DNA of 64,000 nt from Cladosporium halotolerans (Eukaryota). Under the pieces are notes generated by a model. That model did not search any database, was not told the DNA's origin, and saw only the letters and a list, made by a program, of their open reading frames with translations. Positions within the stretch are counted from its first letter, which is position 1. Each line of letters starts with the position of its first letter. The stretch is taken from assembly GCF_011745625.1 (NCBI RefSeq), contig NW_027191488.1, positions 62,001-126,000 on the forward strand, written 5' to 3'. Positions 32,759 to 44,249 of the stretch are shown in pieces. The translations under genes and the position numbers were made by a program.

Positions 32759-33639
32759 ATTGACAGGAGCTCAGTGGCGGTCAAGGGCAGTCTCGTACCA
32801 CTCATCAGACCGATCGTCAGCAGCTCTGCCAATTCATTGGCTGATCACCCTTTTCCTTCCATGAAGCATGCACTAAGAAGGCAGCTTTACTGATGTATGA
32901 ATAAGCGAAGGTGCGCTGGATGAACTTCTACTCTGCAGTTGCACGTAATCAGAAATCCAATGATGTTCCATAACCAGCCATAACAGTTACACTGCGGAGG
33001 TAGCACACATGCATATGTCTGTATGTTGTGCTTCACTTACCATTGCACGACATGCCGTCCGCGTAATGGCTGCCTCCACCCCGCTGTCTGATTGAGTGCC
33101 GACATGCTGCAAGGCAAATCAATGCGAGACACGTGGTTGATCATTCCTTTCTCAAGATTGTCGACAGAGATAACGATGGTGAAGTCGCCAGAATGGCATG
33201 CCAGCTCGCGACCCCGCACGGATCACCTCCCGGCCTTTCTGGGGATGATTCGGGGCAAAGCGAGCACGTCAACTTGGAGTCTGCTCACCTCACTCGCCCT
33301 GCAAGCACGCAATATGTGCTATCGCGCTCGCCAGCGCGCATCACGCAGTGCGTATATGATCAAACAGACGCGCATTCACGGCAATGCCTCTCGTAAGGGT
33401 CATCCCGGGTCAAAGTATTACTCCTCTTTAGCGTCATCCCGTTGCCGGTCGCCCACAGATACCTACCTATTAAAGGCGTGTCCCTGCGCCCGTCTTTACA
33501 ATGGATCCTCTCTTGTTATATTCCATCTCTTTGACTGTTTTTCAGACCTTACGATCGGCTGAGCAAAATCACTTTTGGACCTTTTGGTCTCAACTTTCTA
33601 CGAAGCAGTCCAAACATCAATTGCAAGTCTTGATCGACG

Positions 33640-34900
33640 ATGGCGCCCGCTCGTGCAGACTCGCCAGTTGAGGTTCCTCTCTTTTCGTACGACAAGCCGT
33701 CGTCAGACGTCTTCCCAGACGGTATCAAAACCAGCGGGCAGGTGGAACCCAACTTTGATCAACTCAAGCCTTACGATGAATTCCCCAAAGAGATCACTGG
33801 CAAGACGGTGTGGAACGCCGAAGACTACAAGAACAACCCTGAGAAGTGGACACACCGCTTCACCGAGGAGGAAGTGCAAGAACTGAGCGATACTGCCGAC
33901 GCTTTCATCGCTTCGGACACACCCCTGACCGGCATCACCAGGGTAAGCCATCCCTCCACCATCGATTCATCCCATCGTCGTCGCCACTGACATCCCTCCT
34001 CAGGCCAAATTCCCTCTCCCCAAACTCAACGACTTCCTCGACGCCCTCCGCGACGACATCCTCAACGGCAAAGGCTTCCTCCTCTTCAAAGGCCTCCCCG
34101 TCCAACAATGGGGCAACCACAAGTCCGCCGTCGCCTACATGGGCCTCGGCACCTACCTGGGCTACTTCATCAGCCAAAACGGCCTCGGCCACGTCCTCGG
34201 TCACGTCAAGGACACCGGCGCCGACCCGACGCAGATCGACAAGGTCCGCATCTACCGCACCCGCGCCCGCCAGTTCTTCCACGCCGACGACTCCGACATC
34301 GTCGGCCTGCTGTGCATCGCCCGCGCCCTCGAGGGCGGCGAGTCCGACATCGTCTCCTCCCACGCCGTCTTCAACGCCCTCCAGCGCGACCACCCGGACG
34401 TCGTCGACACCCTCTCCCAGCCCATCTGGTACTTCGACCGCAAGGGCGAGGTCTCCGGCGGCCAGGCGCCCTACACCCGCCAGCCCGTCTTCTACAAGGA
34501 GACCGGGCCTGAAGCCGAGTCGAGAGTCTACACCAAGTGGGACCCCTACTACGTGCAGTCGCTGTCGCGCTACAGCGACGCGGGCGCCATCCCGCCGCTC
34601 AGCGCCGCGCAGCAGAAGGCCGCGCGCCTGCTCGAGGAGACCTGCCAGCGCCTCGCGCTGCACATGGTGCTCGAGGTCGGCGACATCCAGTTCCTGACCA
34701 ACTCGCACGTCTTGCACAGCCGCACGGCGTACACGGATTACGAGCCGCCGGCGCCCAGGAGGCACTTGATGCGGTTGTGGCTGGCGACGCCGGAGGGCGA
34801 GGGAGGCTGGAAGCTGCCGTTTGCTGATTCGGGGCACAAGAAGAGGAGCGGGGTGCAGCTTAACGATACGGCGCCGAAGGCGCCGTTGGACGCTGAGTAG
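33640..34900 (+). CDS. TauD/TfdA (clavaminate synthase-like) Fe(II)/2-oxoglutarate dioxygenase
   Basis: Intron 33943-34003. HxD motif FFHADDSDIVGLLC, distal His VLHSRT, and RHLMRLWL. Confidence 0.9.
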
Positions 34901-35439
34901 GGTGTTGCTGGTTGACTGAAGCGATCCTGGATAGGAATTTTGGCGGCCTTTTGTTTTGATTTGTTGGTTGATTTAGCGAAAATACGAATGATTTGAATCG
35001 CCTCGATGATCTGTACTTTGTTCGAATTTGTGTCCGCATTAGACATGACTCCGGCAGCGGCTCTGTCTGATGTCCTCGCAATTCGCAGCTACAACATCGT
35101 CAAGGATCGACGAGCACGGAAGCACGCAAAGGCCGACTTCGGTGACGTGCCGTCGCCGCCCGTGTGCTTGCAGCCGGCGGGCGCTAAGAACGAATATTGA
35201 AGAGTGTGATTGACGTGCGCAAGTTGCGTTGCAAAACCAACAAAAATGTAAAACGTCTCCGTTGCGAAGGGTATCGTGAATCAGCGTTATCAGAAAAAGG
35301 CAAAAAGAACAGCAGAAGCAAACGCGACGAGAAAAGGCTCAAGAACCTCTCCGTCCACCTATCCGTCAAAATCTCCACCCCTCCTCTTCTTCTTCCCCTC
35401 TTTTTTCTCCCCAACCACCTCCCTTCTCCTTTCCCTCAT

Positions 35440-36669
35440 CTAAAACTTCGCCTCCCCATGCCCCAAATGACTGACCGCAAAATCGCCCCTCGCCATCTTC
35501 AGCCTGTACGCCGCCAGCTCGCTCTCGTGCGCCGCCCACTCCTTGTCGTGCGCCTCGCGCTCCAGCCGGCCCTTCTTGCGCTGCGTGATGCACACGAACG
35601 TGTAGATGACGCAGACGAGCAGCAGGACGCCGCAGACGCTGGCGGCGATGGCGATCTTGGCGGTTTGGGACAGGCCGGTCCACTTCTCTTCGGCTTTCTG
35701 CTTGGTGGATTTCTTGTTGAGGGCTTTGTAGACTTCCGATTCGCCTCTGTGGGGTGGGGATTAGTGGGAGATGGGGGGTTTGGGTGGGGAGAAGGGAGCG
35801 CTTACTCGTTTACTTGGATGCTGGCGTGGCTGCCGGAGGTGTCGGAGTAGTGGTAGGAGCTGCTGTTGGTGTGGCCGTCGACGACTTTGAGGGATTTGAT
35901 TTTCATGGTGTAGGGGCTTGGAGGCGGTTAGTGAAGGTTCAACGTTGCAATGTTCAAATGGTACTCACCCAGCATCGTAGTCAGTCTCGCCACCAGCCCA
36001 CGCAATGACACCCGGCTCGTTGTCGGGATCACCACCAGCCCAGAGAGACAGGTTGATGTAGCAGGGCGTCTGGGGGTAGTTACCTGGCTCTCCGGCAGGG
36101 ACAGTGCGCACCTGCTGCCCGTCAAGCCAGAACTCCAGCTCCTGCTCGGTCCAGATGATGGTGTAGTTGTGGAAGCCCGTCTGCGAGTCCGCCAGCACGG
36201 GCTCCTCGCCGTGGTTCTGCGTGCGGTTGCCCTTGCCGTACCAGTTGTTGAAGACGTTCGTCGTGTTCTGGCCCATCACCTCCCAGTCGATCTCGTCCAG
36301 GTCGTCGGACAGCAGGTTGACGGAGGAGATAACGCCCGTGCCGGGCGCGGCCTGCATTATCGCCTCGACGCGGCCGTAGAAGATGTAGAAGTCGGACTGC
36401 ACGCGCACGGAGTCGCCGTGCTTGACCATGGTGAACTCGGCGCCATCTTGCGAGAACTTGATCAGCGAGGCGCCGGCGGTCACGTTGAAGAAGCGGGGGT
36501 CCATTTCGGCCATGGTGTCGTTGAAGGGGTAGTCGAAGGTGGTGCCCAGGGCGGCGTTGTCTGGGCAGGTCACGTTGCCCCATGTCGGGTTGCATTCGGA
36601 GGTGGTTTGCGCGAAGGCCTGGGCTGCCAGAAGGGCCGCGGCTGCGGCTGCGAAAGAGAAGCGGAACAT
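35440..36669 (-). CDS. GH16 Crh-family chitin transglycosylase with C-terminal transmembrane helix
   Basis: Signal peptide, CNPT..CP, catalytic DEIDWE, FHNYTIIW, YPQTP, WAGG. Introns 35917-35968 (AAG acceptor) and 35747-35805. TM segment IAIAASVCGVLLLVCVIYTFVCI; stop TAG 35440-35442. Confidence 0.92.
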
Positions 36670-37965
36670 GGTGTTTGTGTTGTTTCAAGAATCGGACGTA
36701 TGGTATGGTGTGTGTGTGGTTTCTCGGTTTGAAGGTCGCGCAATCAGGGCCAGCCCGAATGCGTGGGTTGAAGGAGTGACTGGGTGTTGTTTCGTTTTCG
36801 GCTGCAAAGAGCGACTGGGGTCAGAGACACGAAGGTGCGTGGTAAGGAGGGACGAGAGCACGAAAGTGCGGTGGGAGGGCGCAATATGGCGCAGGAGGGA
36901 GGGACGAGTTTCGGCGTGGCTCGTAGTCGATACGCGCCGAGGTGACAGGAGGCCACGGCGCGGATCTTTGCCCCTGGCGAGCGCCGCTAATGCGCCCTGC
37001 GTTCGGCTCGCAACGGCGCGTATCTGGAGATGGAGGGCAGCGTCGAATCAGCTCGTCTGCTATCGCGGCCCGTCCTAATCTCAAACGCGCCGAGTCAAGT
37101 CATCATCAGCCGTGCAGACGCCTATTTCCCCAAGCTCGCTTCACCATGAACCTGTGGGAGCGAGTACCGTGCCGAATCATCCGTGTCTGTTTTGCATGCC
37201 GATTTGTTGACTCGATTCAAACGCTTGAACAGACACTGAGGAATAAATTCGCTTTCGAGGGTTGTTCTTCATGGCTGATTTCTCTCGTACTCCACACCTC
37301 CTATCATGAGTCCACGTCGTCTCGGAAGTCGGAGGCGTCGCACGCTGGGACCACCGTCTCAGAAGAATGCGGAGAAGATGGCGATGCCTATACCGAGACA
37401 TTTGCCATTGTCGATCTTCGGCATATGTTGCTTCGTCTTCAATCATGTTCAACGTCAGATCCGTCAGTTGGTAGGGTCCACAAGCTGAAGGAAGTGGCTG
37501 GACTGCTCAAAGCGAGCTCACATCACGCGAAGACCTTCTCGAGTGCGCGGTATAATATGTTTTCATGATTTTAAAGACAAATAGCTGTCAATATGCAAAG
37601 ATGAGGCCACCAGATGTCCAAGATGCTCCCGCCATTAACGAACACCATCAACGGGTGGCATTCCAAATATTGCAAACAACCCAGTAGGACAGCATGCCCA
37701 TCTTCCATGGTATGCCACAAGATCACGCGGGGTCACAGACCAGATCATTCGCTCAAACTGAGTGCGCGAAGTGAATGAGGGATCAATCAGCGGGGCTCAA
37801 AAGCGTCGCGCGTGGCCACACCAACAACATCCGCCTACACTCACGTTTCCACAAACGAACTCAAGCACATAAAATCAAAGCACCCGATACCAATCAGTCC
37901 ACTCACCAACCGATTCCACGACCATGCCTATGCCCCTCGCCTACCGCCTCGCCTCATCAACCGAC

Positions 37966-38451
37966 ATGTCTTCCGCAAACGACACCCACTACACCGACCT
38001 CTCCACCGGCCTAAAGGTCACCATCCTCAAATCCAGCCATAACTTCTCCACCTGGTTCAATGATCTGAAACACGTCGCGCGCTGCAAAAGCCTCTGGTTC
38101 CTTTTCACCAGCGACCCAAACCAGCCCCTCCTCGCCAAACCCGTCGTGCCCTGCGTCCCGGATTTCAGAGACCCCCTCGGTTATCGTATCTACAGTTATG
38201 GGTTGCCCGGACAGGACGACTCTGTCGTTCGCAGGGAAATGATGGTCCTCATGCACCAGTCGAAGATGAAGGAGTGGGAGTTGGCTTGCCAACAGTGGGA
38301 AAAGCAGCAGGGAAAGATCGAGGAGGCGAGGCTTCTACTCTTTGCGAGTGTCGAGCCGAAGTTGCTTGAGGAGGTTGCTGCTGATAAGGAGGTGCCGGGG
38401 GTGGTTCTGTCGATGATTCTGCTGAAGTTTTGTAGTGATTTGCGTGCCTGA
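37966..38451 (+). CDS. Small protein resembling the N-terminal capsid region of Ty1/copia Gag (solo gag-like gene)
   Basis: 161-aa ORF with ILKSSHNFSTWFNDLKHVARCKSLWFLF..P...W..QQGKIEEARLLLFASVEP...LLKF, matching by eye the copia gag pattern L...NY..W...M......LW..I...W....KA...I...V. No pol or LTR nearby. Confidence 0.6.
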   Translation: MSSANDTHYTDLSTGLKVTILKSSHNFSTWFNDLKHVARCKSLWFLFTSDPNQPLLAKPVVPCVPDFRDPLGYRIYSYGLPGQDDSVVRREMMVLMHQSKMKEWELACQQWEKQQGKIEEARLLLFASVEPKLLEEVAADKEVPGVVLSMILLKFCSDLRA

Positions 38452-39402
38452 GGTGGCCAGCAAGTCTTATTCGAGCAATTTGCCTGCTGCTTCAGAGGCA
38501 CAATGAACAACACCAGGATACAATGAGCAGACAGCTGCATTTTTGATACATGTGGCAATGATCAAAAGTCAGATCGAGCGGCGCCGCGACATGGTAGTCA
38601 GAATACGGACGGCTGCTGGCGGTGCTGCGGTGTGCTTGCAGCCTGACAGGAATTATCATGGAGACACTGAATGCAAAGTGGGCCAGATAGATCCAATGAT
38701 ATCAATAACAGTAAGGTTTCAGCAACAGCTGGGATCACTTCTCACATCTCTCATGGGAATACTAAATGCCAACACATCACTCCAATCAAATCCCTATGGC
38801 GAATTCTCGTTTGAAGGGAAGACAACAAGATACCTGGAACATGGTAGCAAACAATGCTGTACCGGCTGCGCTGTGCGGTTGGCTGACATAGCGTGCAGTA
38901 GATTGAAACAAGATTGAGTCGTGAGCTGTCACTGCCACTAATGCCGACTCATCACTTTTCAAATTCAAGCAACCGTGAGTTATTATCTGCAGCATTTTGT
39001 AGCCACCTGAGTAGATTCTCGCAGATTTCGATGGAATAATGAAACTACACAAGTGGCGAAAAAGGTCTGTTGACGCTTGTCACCCGAATAGTGGCAGTCA
39101 TTTACCTTACACTGACGGGCGACCGCAATCAAATCACGCATAGGAGTGTTGGGCTAACGGACGAACGCGAGAATGGCGTTCGCCGTTTGCCATGGCACAC
39201 ATCCGCATGCGCTCTCAATGTAGCAAACGCGACCCAGCTCGGATAGCCGCAACACGTGTCTCACTGGTAAAGTCACGAGCCTGCTAGTTGTTCAGACACC
39301 AAGGGAAGTCTATGTCCGCATACAACCAAGCTCGCCTGCTTGTAGATACATGGTTGACTTCGTCCACCCGTACCACACAAGCCTCCAAAATCGATCGTCA
39401 AC

Positions 39403-39854
39403 ATGGCGACTACGGTCAGAATGCACTACACGGATACGCTGTAAGCGTCACGGTCAAAATCTATAACGAGAAAGTTGACTTTTGGGACTGGTTACATGAC
39501 TGAAGGCGTGCCGCTTTGCCTAACGACTTGCGGGGCCTTCTGACGACCGATATCAACCGGCGTGAAGTTATTCTAGCTGAACCGACGGCTCCGAAGATGC
39601 CAGAAGCGCTTTGCAAGGAGTCTTGCTGGTGTCATGATGGAGAGTTGAAGCTGTTGGTAGCTGAAACCATGTTCCTGGAATACAAGTCGCTCATGAAGGT
39701 GTACATGTACGACCGCGGCGAATGGGAAGGACAGCAGAAGAGGCTCAAGGCCGCCCGCTTGCTACTCCTGAACACACTCGGACCCAAGTTCATCGGTTAC
39801 GTTGCCGGTCAGTCCAGCCTTTTTGAAGCGATGGAGTCTCTCATGGACATTTGA
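39403..39854 (+). pseudogene. Disrupted paralog of the 37966 gag-like gene
   Basis: MHYTDTL, then a frameshift near 39440, then VTVKIYNEKVDFWDWLHD, in-frame TGA 39501-39503, then ..LLTTD..ILAEPTAP..EWEGQQKRLKAARLLLLNTLGPKFIGYVA. Colinear with the upstream gene. Confidence 0.7.
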
Positions 39855-40598
39855 GTACCGCTCAATCGATCACTCGCAAACAGCAAAATGCGTCCCAGGC
39901 ATCTCTGCTCTCAATTGCTCTCCAACTGGACGCACGGTCACACAGAGATTATCGCGCTTTGAAGACGTCGCCCACAGATTTCAACTCTTCAACGATTGAC
40001 CATAACTTCAGCCACATTTCAGGCAATTGGACTTCCTCCTTCCTGTGACCTCCAATCCGTCCATTGACCAAGACGATGTTATACTCAGCGGGCTTGAATC
40101 AGTCTTCCATTTCACCGTCACTCCATCGACAGTCATTCCGCAAAAATCATCTCACGCCCTGCCAAGCTATACAACATCCGAACGGGACGGTAAAGAATAA
40201 GAGAAAGCTCGGCAACCGCATTGGCAAACGGCTTTTGCATCTCGACTTTGGTCACGATACTGTCGGCTGAATTGAGTAAATGAGGTTGAGGATAATAATC
40301 GAGACAAGCTGGCATTGACAAAAGGAAGCTAGATCTAATTATAAGTGCCGCGAATGCAATTAAGTTGAAGATTTTGATTCCCACCTTATGTCCCGCAAGG
40401 TTAATCAAACGCAAAGCAAGCGTGAGTCCGTCACGAACAGTAAATGACCTGCTAACCAATCCGTCGCTTAAACATTACATTCTGATAAGATGAATGAACT
40501 CCCTGAGCGGCAGGCAACAAGCGACCCATCCAGCTCTTCCTTAACGCCAAACAGAACCGAATGAGAAAGAAAAGGGAAACACAGTAGCGCCAGTCTCC

Positions 40599-42010
40599 TC
40601 AAATCAACCTCAACAACCTCCCCACGCACGCCGTCCCGCCCAACGTCGCGCAAATCCCCGTAAAAACCACCAGAACCCCATACCCACTGCCATACCCACC
40701 TCCCACCGTGCCCTCCCACGAATCAATCGCCAGCAACCTCTCGCTCAACGGCCCCGAAATCACCGCCCCAATGCCCTTCCCCGCCCCCATCAGCGCAACC
40801 ACAACACTGACATCCACCGTCTCGTGCTTCTCGCGCCGCTGCATCTCCCTCGCGCAGCCCGACCACGTGCACGAGAACGCGCCCCCGAAGCAGCCGAACG
40901 TCAGCGCGAAAACGTACAGCATCGCCTGCGACGACGCCAGGCCCCAGAAGATGAATATCGACAGCATCTGGCCCAAAGTGCAGGTCAGGATGGCGACGGA
41001 GACGTGGAAGCGGTCGACGAGGAAGCCGATGAGGACGGCGCCGAGCGTGAAGGCGACGTTGAAGAGGGCGAGGGCCAGTGGGCCGACGAAGCTGGGGAGG
41101 CCGAGCGAGGTGGCGAAGGAGGGGATGTAGAGGGTTGGGAGGAAGTAGCCGAAGGATTGGAGGATGTTGCCTGTTTGGAAGAGCCAGAAGGGGAGGTGTT
41201 TGAGGAAGGAGACTTCGATGGGGCGGAAGTTGTTCGCGTGGGTTATGGGGAGGCGCGGGCGGATGAAGTAGAGGGAGGGGGTGGTGAAGAGAGCGATGAC
41301 GATGGCCCAGACGCGGAGGGTGGTGCGGTAGCCGTAAGAGTTTAGGAGCCACTGGAGGAGGAAGGGGAGGACGGTACCGGCGAGTCCAGTGCCGGCCCAC
41401 ATGATGCCGAATGCGAGGCCGCGGCGTTGCACGAACCATTCGGTGATGAGGGACATGACGGGGAAGTAGAGAATGAGCCCGCCGATGGCGTACATGACGC
41501 CCTGTGTGCCGATGAGGCCGGCGATGCTGTTGCAGAAGGAGGCTGCAACGAGGCTGAGGACCATGATTACGAGGCCACAGCAGCTGGCGTGGCGACGGTA
41601 TTGGGGCCAGCGCTGGAGGGTAATTGCAACGAACGGCGACGCGAAGTACATGATGCCGGATTCTGTCGTGCCGATACTTGCGCTGCCACCTTGGTTGGCA
41701 AAGGCTTCTTCATTGTCGTAATATTCTTGGAAGACACCGAACTGTTGATCCGTCGTTCAGTATGATGCATCGTTTCGTTCGACGGAATGGTTGAGCTTAC
41801 GGCAAACGGCAATCCCCATACCATCGCCTCGAGCATAATGCAAGCGGCGAGGAAAATGTACGCATCTTTACCGGAGTCTGCGGGGGGAAGTGTCTGGTAT
41901 TCTTCTTGATATTCGGGAGAGGCTCGTTGCTGTTCGTCGCTGTTGGCCTCTCGCCAACCATATTCCGAGAATGTGTTTAGCTCTTGGGTCGATGTGGCCG
42001 CGGAAGCCAT
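40599..42010 (-). CDS. MFS monocarboxylate transporter-like protein (Mch family)
   Basis: ATG 42010; LPPADSGKDAYIFL, WGLPFA|FGVFQEYY across intron 41742-41800, EWFVQRRGLAFGIMWAGTG; about 12 TM segments. Confidence 0.9.
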
Positions 42011-42106
42011 TATTGCAAATGCGTAGAATTGATAGCGATTTCCGCGACGATTTTTCTGCAAGTTAGCAACCTCAAGAGATCAAGCCGATCACTTTCCATC
42101 GAGGTG

Positions 42107-42114
42107 TATATATA
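42107..42114 (-). promoter_or_regulatory. Putative TATA box of the MFS gene
   Basis: TATATATA about 100 bp upstream of ATG 42010 in otherwise GC-balanced DNA. Confidence 0.4.
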
Positions 42115-42519
42115 AGTGGCAAGTGTAGGGCCGCTAATAAGGCTCTGCTGTAGAGTTTTGTGTGGAGCCAGGGCTCAAAGTCCGCTGTTGAACCCTCCAC
42201 CACCAGCCAGATTTCCTTACCTGGACACACAACCCGAGGAGGAGTGTGCTGCGAGGGTGCATTGCGTAATAATGTGAAAGTGATGGTCCAAAGTCCGAAA
42301 GTTCAATTAAAGAGTTTACAAACCCAGTATCCAGATCCTAAAAAGGTGCATTCAAGCACGATATTAGATAAAATACAGGGTATATCCAATTCCCAGCCAA
42401 TCCTTTAAATCTCCGAAAGATTCCCTAATCCCAGGCTTGAACGCGCAAAATATAAATACAAGATTGTCGATATCGTCGTGGCAGGTCGCATGGTTCCGTT
42501 CCGTCTTTCTGGGGTGAAA

Positions 42520-43342
42520 TTACCAGCATTTGAGAGAGGAGAACCAAGGCTTCTTGGGAGGCGGAGGGAGTTCCTTTTGCGACGTGTCGGTAGTAGCCGT
42601 TGAGTTATCCTGTTCCGGTTTGCCGCTGGAGCCGGGAGGATTGCTGCGTGATGCCGTAGATGGAAGCTCTGGCATGATGCCCGCTGCTGCGTTTTTGCGG
42701 GCTTCGACCACCCGACGAACAATCACTGCGCGAATGTCAGTAAGCGAATCAGCCAACGTGTGATCTCTGCAACGTACGCGCAAACGTCTCTTCAATGTTG
42801 ACCATCTCCCTGGCGCTCGTCTCCATGAATCCGAAGTTGCGCTGCCTGCTCCATTCAAGGCCGTCTCTCGCGCCGATTTGTCTCAAGCCTTGCAAGTCGC
42901 ATTTGTTGCCGGCGACAATGCACACCGGCAAGATCTGACCCTGCTCGATCCTGTCCTCGCGCTCCATCTCAATCATCTGCGTGAAATAGTCCAGCGCCTC
43001 CAGCGAGCTCGCCTGGGTGATATCGTAGACTAGGAGGAAAGCGTCGCATTTCAAGTTCGCTTGCGACCACAAGCCGCGGTACTCCTCTTGCCCAGCGGTG
43101 TCGGTCAGGCGCAGCGAGTATGTCGTGCCGTCAATCGTGCGTGTCACGGAATAGGAGTCTTCGATCGTGGGATCATATCTACAAGCGCTCGCAGTCAGCA
43201 GCCATCATTGGGCGAAGCAGCAAGTCGCGCCCGGAACGTACTCATGCGTCCATTGGCTGCGCACCAAGCGCAGCGTGATGGATGACTTTCCACACCCTCC
43301 GTCTCCACAGACGGTGATCGTAACCCTGTGCGCGTCGTCCAT
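42520..43342 (-). CDS. Ras-like small GTPase (atypical, C-terminal CW)
   Basis: G1 GDGGCGKS, G2 EYDPTIEDSY, G3 DTAGQEEY, G4 NKCD, G5 ETSA. Introns 43179-43241 and 42726-42777. Ends KKPWFSSLKCW*. Confidence 0.92.
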
Positions 43343-44249
43343 GTTGTGCGCTGGCAGTGCAGTAGCCGCAAGTCCGTTCGGCGGCGGTCTCGTTTGCGTC
43401 GCGGTTGGCGCGGTCCCTTTCCAGCAAGCTGACTAGCACCGGTCGCAAGTAGTCCAGGTGCTGCGAGGAGTGAATGCGCGCAGGCGGCGCAGAAAACAGC
43501 GCCCCCAACGGCTCCCCGTCACCGCGCAGATGCGAGCGAACGGAAACGGACGTGTAGCGTCACGCAATAATAATAATGAGGGAAACAATCTATTCCTCCC
43601 GTGCCGGAAGAGGGCTGCTGCACAGACGGCGAGCGAGTCGTAACCCCTGCAGGCGATCAAACAAGGGTCTGGGCGGAGAGAGGGCCGGCGCAAAGTGGCG
43701 AGCTGAGAGATGTTCACGTACGGAATGTTGTCGACACACGGGTATAGAGAAAGAGAGGAAGTCAGCTCATGGGAGGGAAGATCAGAAACCGGCGCGCAGG
43801 GAGCACGCCGGACCAAGGCAGAGGGCATGTCATTGGGATTGGGTGGAATTTGGGTTTCTAACGGTCCTGTTCTGGAAGTGCCGGGCGACCAAGGCCCGCA
43901 AGGCTGGGAGGAGGCGTTGCGCCCGCCTTCACATGTCCGAGCCTTCGCCGCATGAACGTCTGGGTATCCATGCACATCACACTATAAGTTCGTTCGGCCA
44001 TGTGGTGGTGGCCCGAGTCACCCATATGTCCGAGCCGCTATAGTGACTGTGACAGTGACAGTGACGCGGTCGCAAACAAACAATGGATGCATCGCGTTCA
44101 CAGGACGATCGTTTAATGATTTGTGACAGATACGGCAGACATGGACCGAGGTACCGTTAATCACAAAACAAAACTTGTCATAATGCCAACCTGCAAGGCA
44201 CGTTTACCTATAATGCCGCCTGATGCACAACAGAGGTATCCACCTCAAC

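Noticed and set aside
39156..39186. Small hairpin aacggacgaacgc-gagaatg-gcgttcgccgtt upstream of the pseudogene
   Set aside because: Only 12 bp with a bulge; no tRNA, snoRNA or terminal-inverted-repeat context. Compatible with chance.
36700..40590. Possible full LTR retrotransposon around the gag-like ORFs
   Set aside because: I could not find LTR direct repeats, a primer-binding site, a polypurine tract or pol remnants by eye.
44043..44066. GTGAC(A/T/G) hexamer x4
   Set aside because: Short degenerate microsatellite with no evidence of function; not CRISPR-like.
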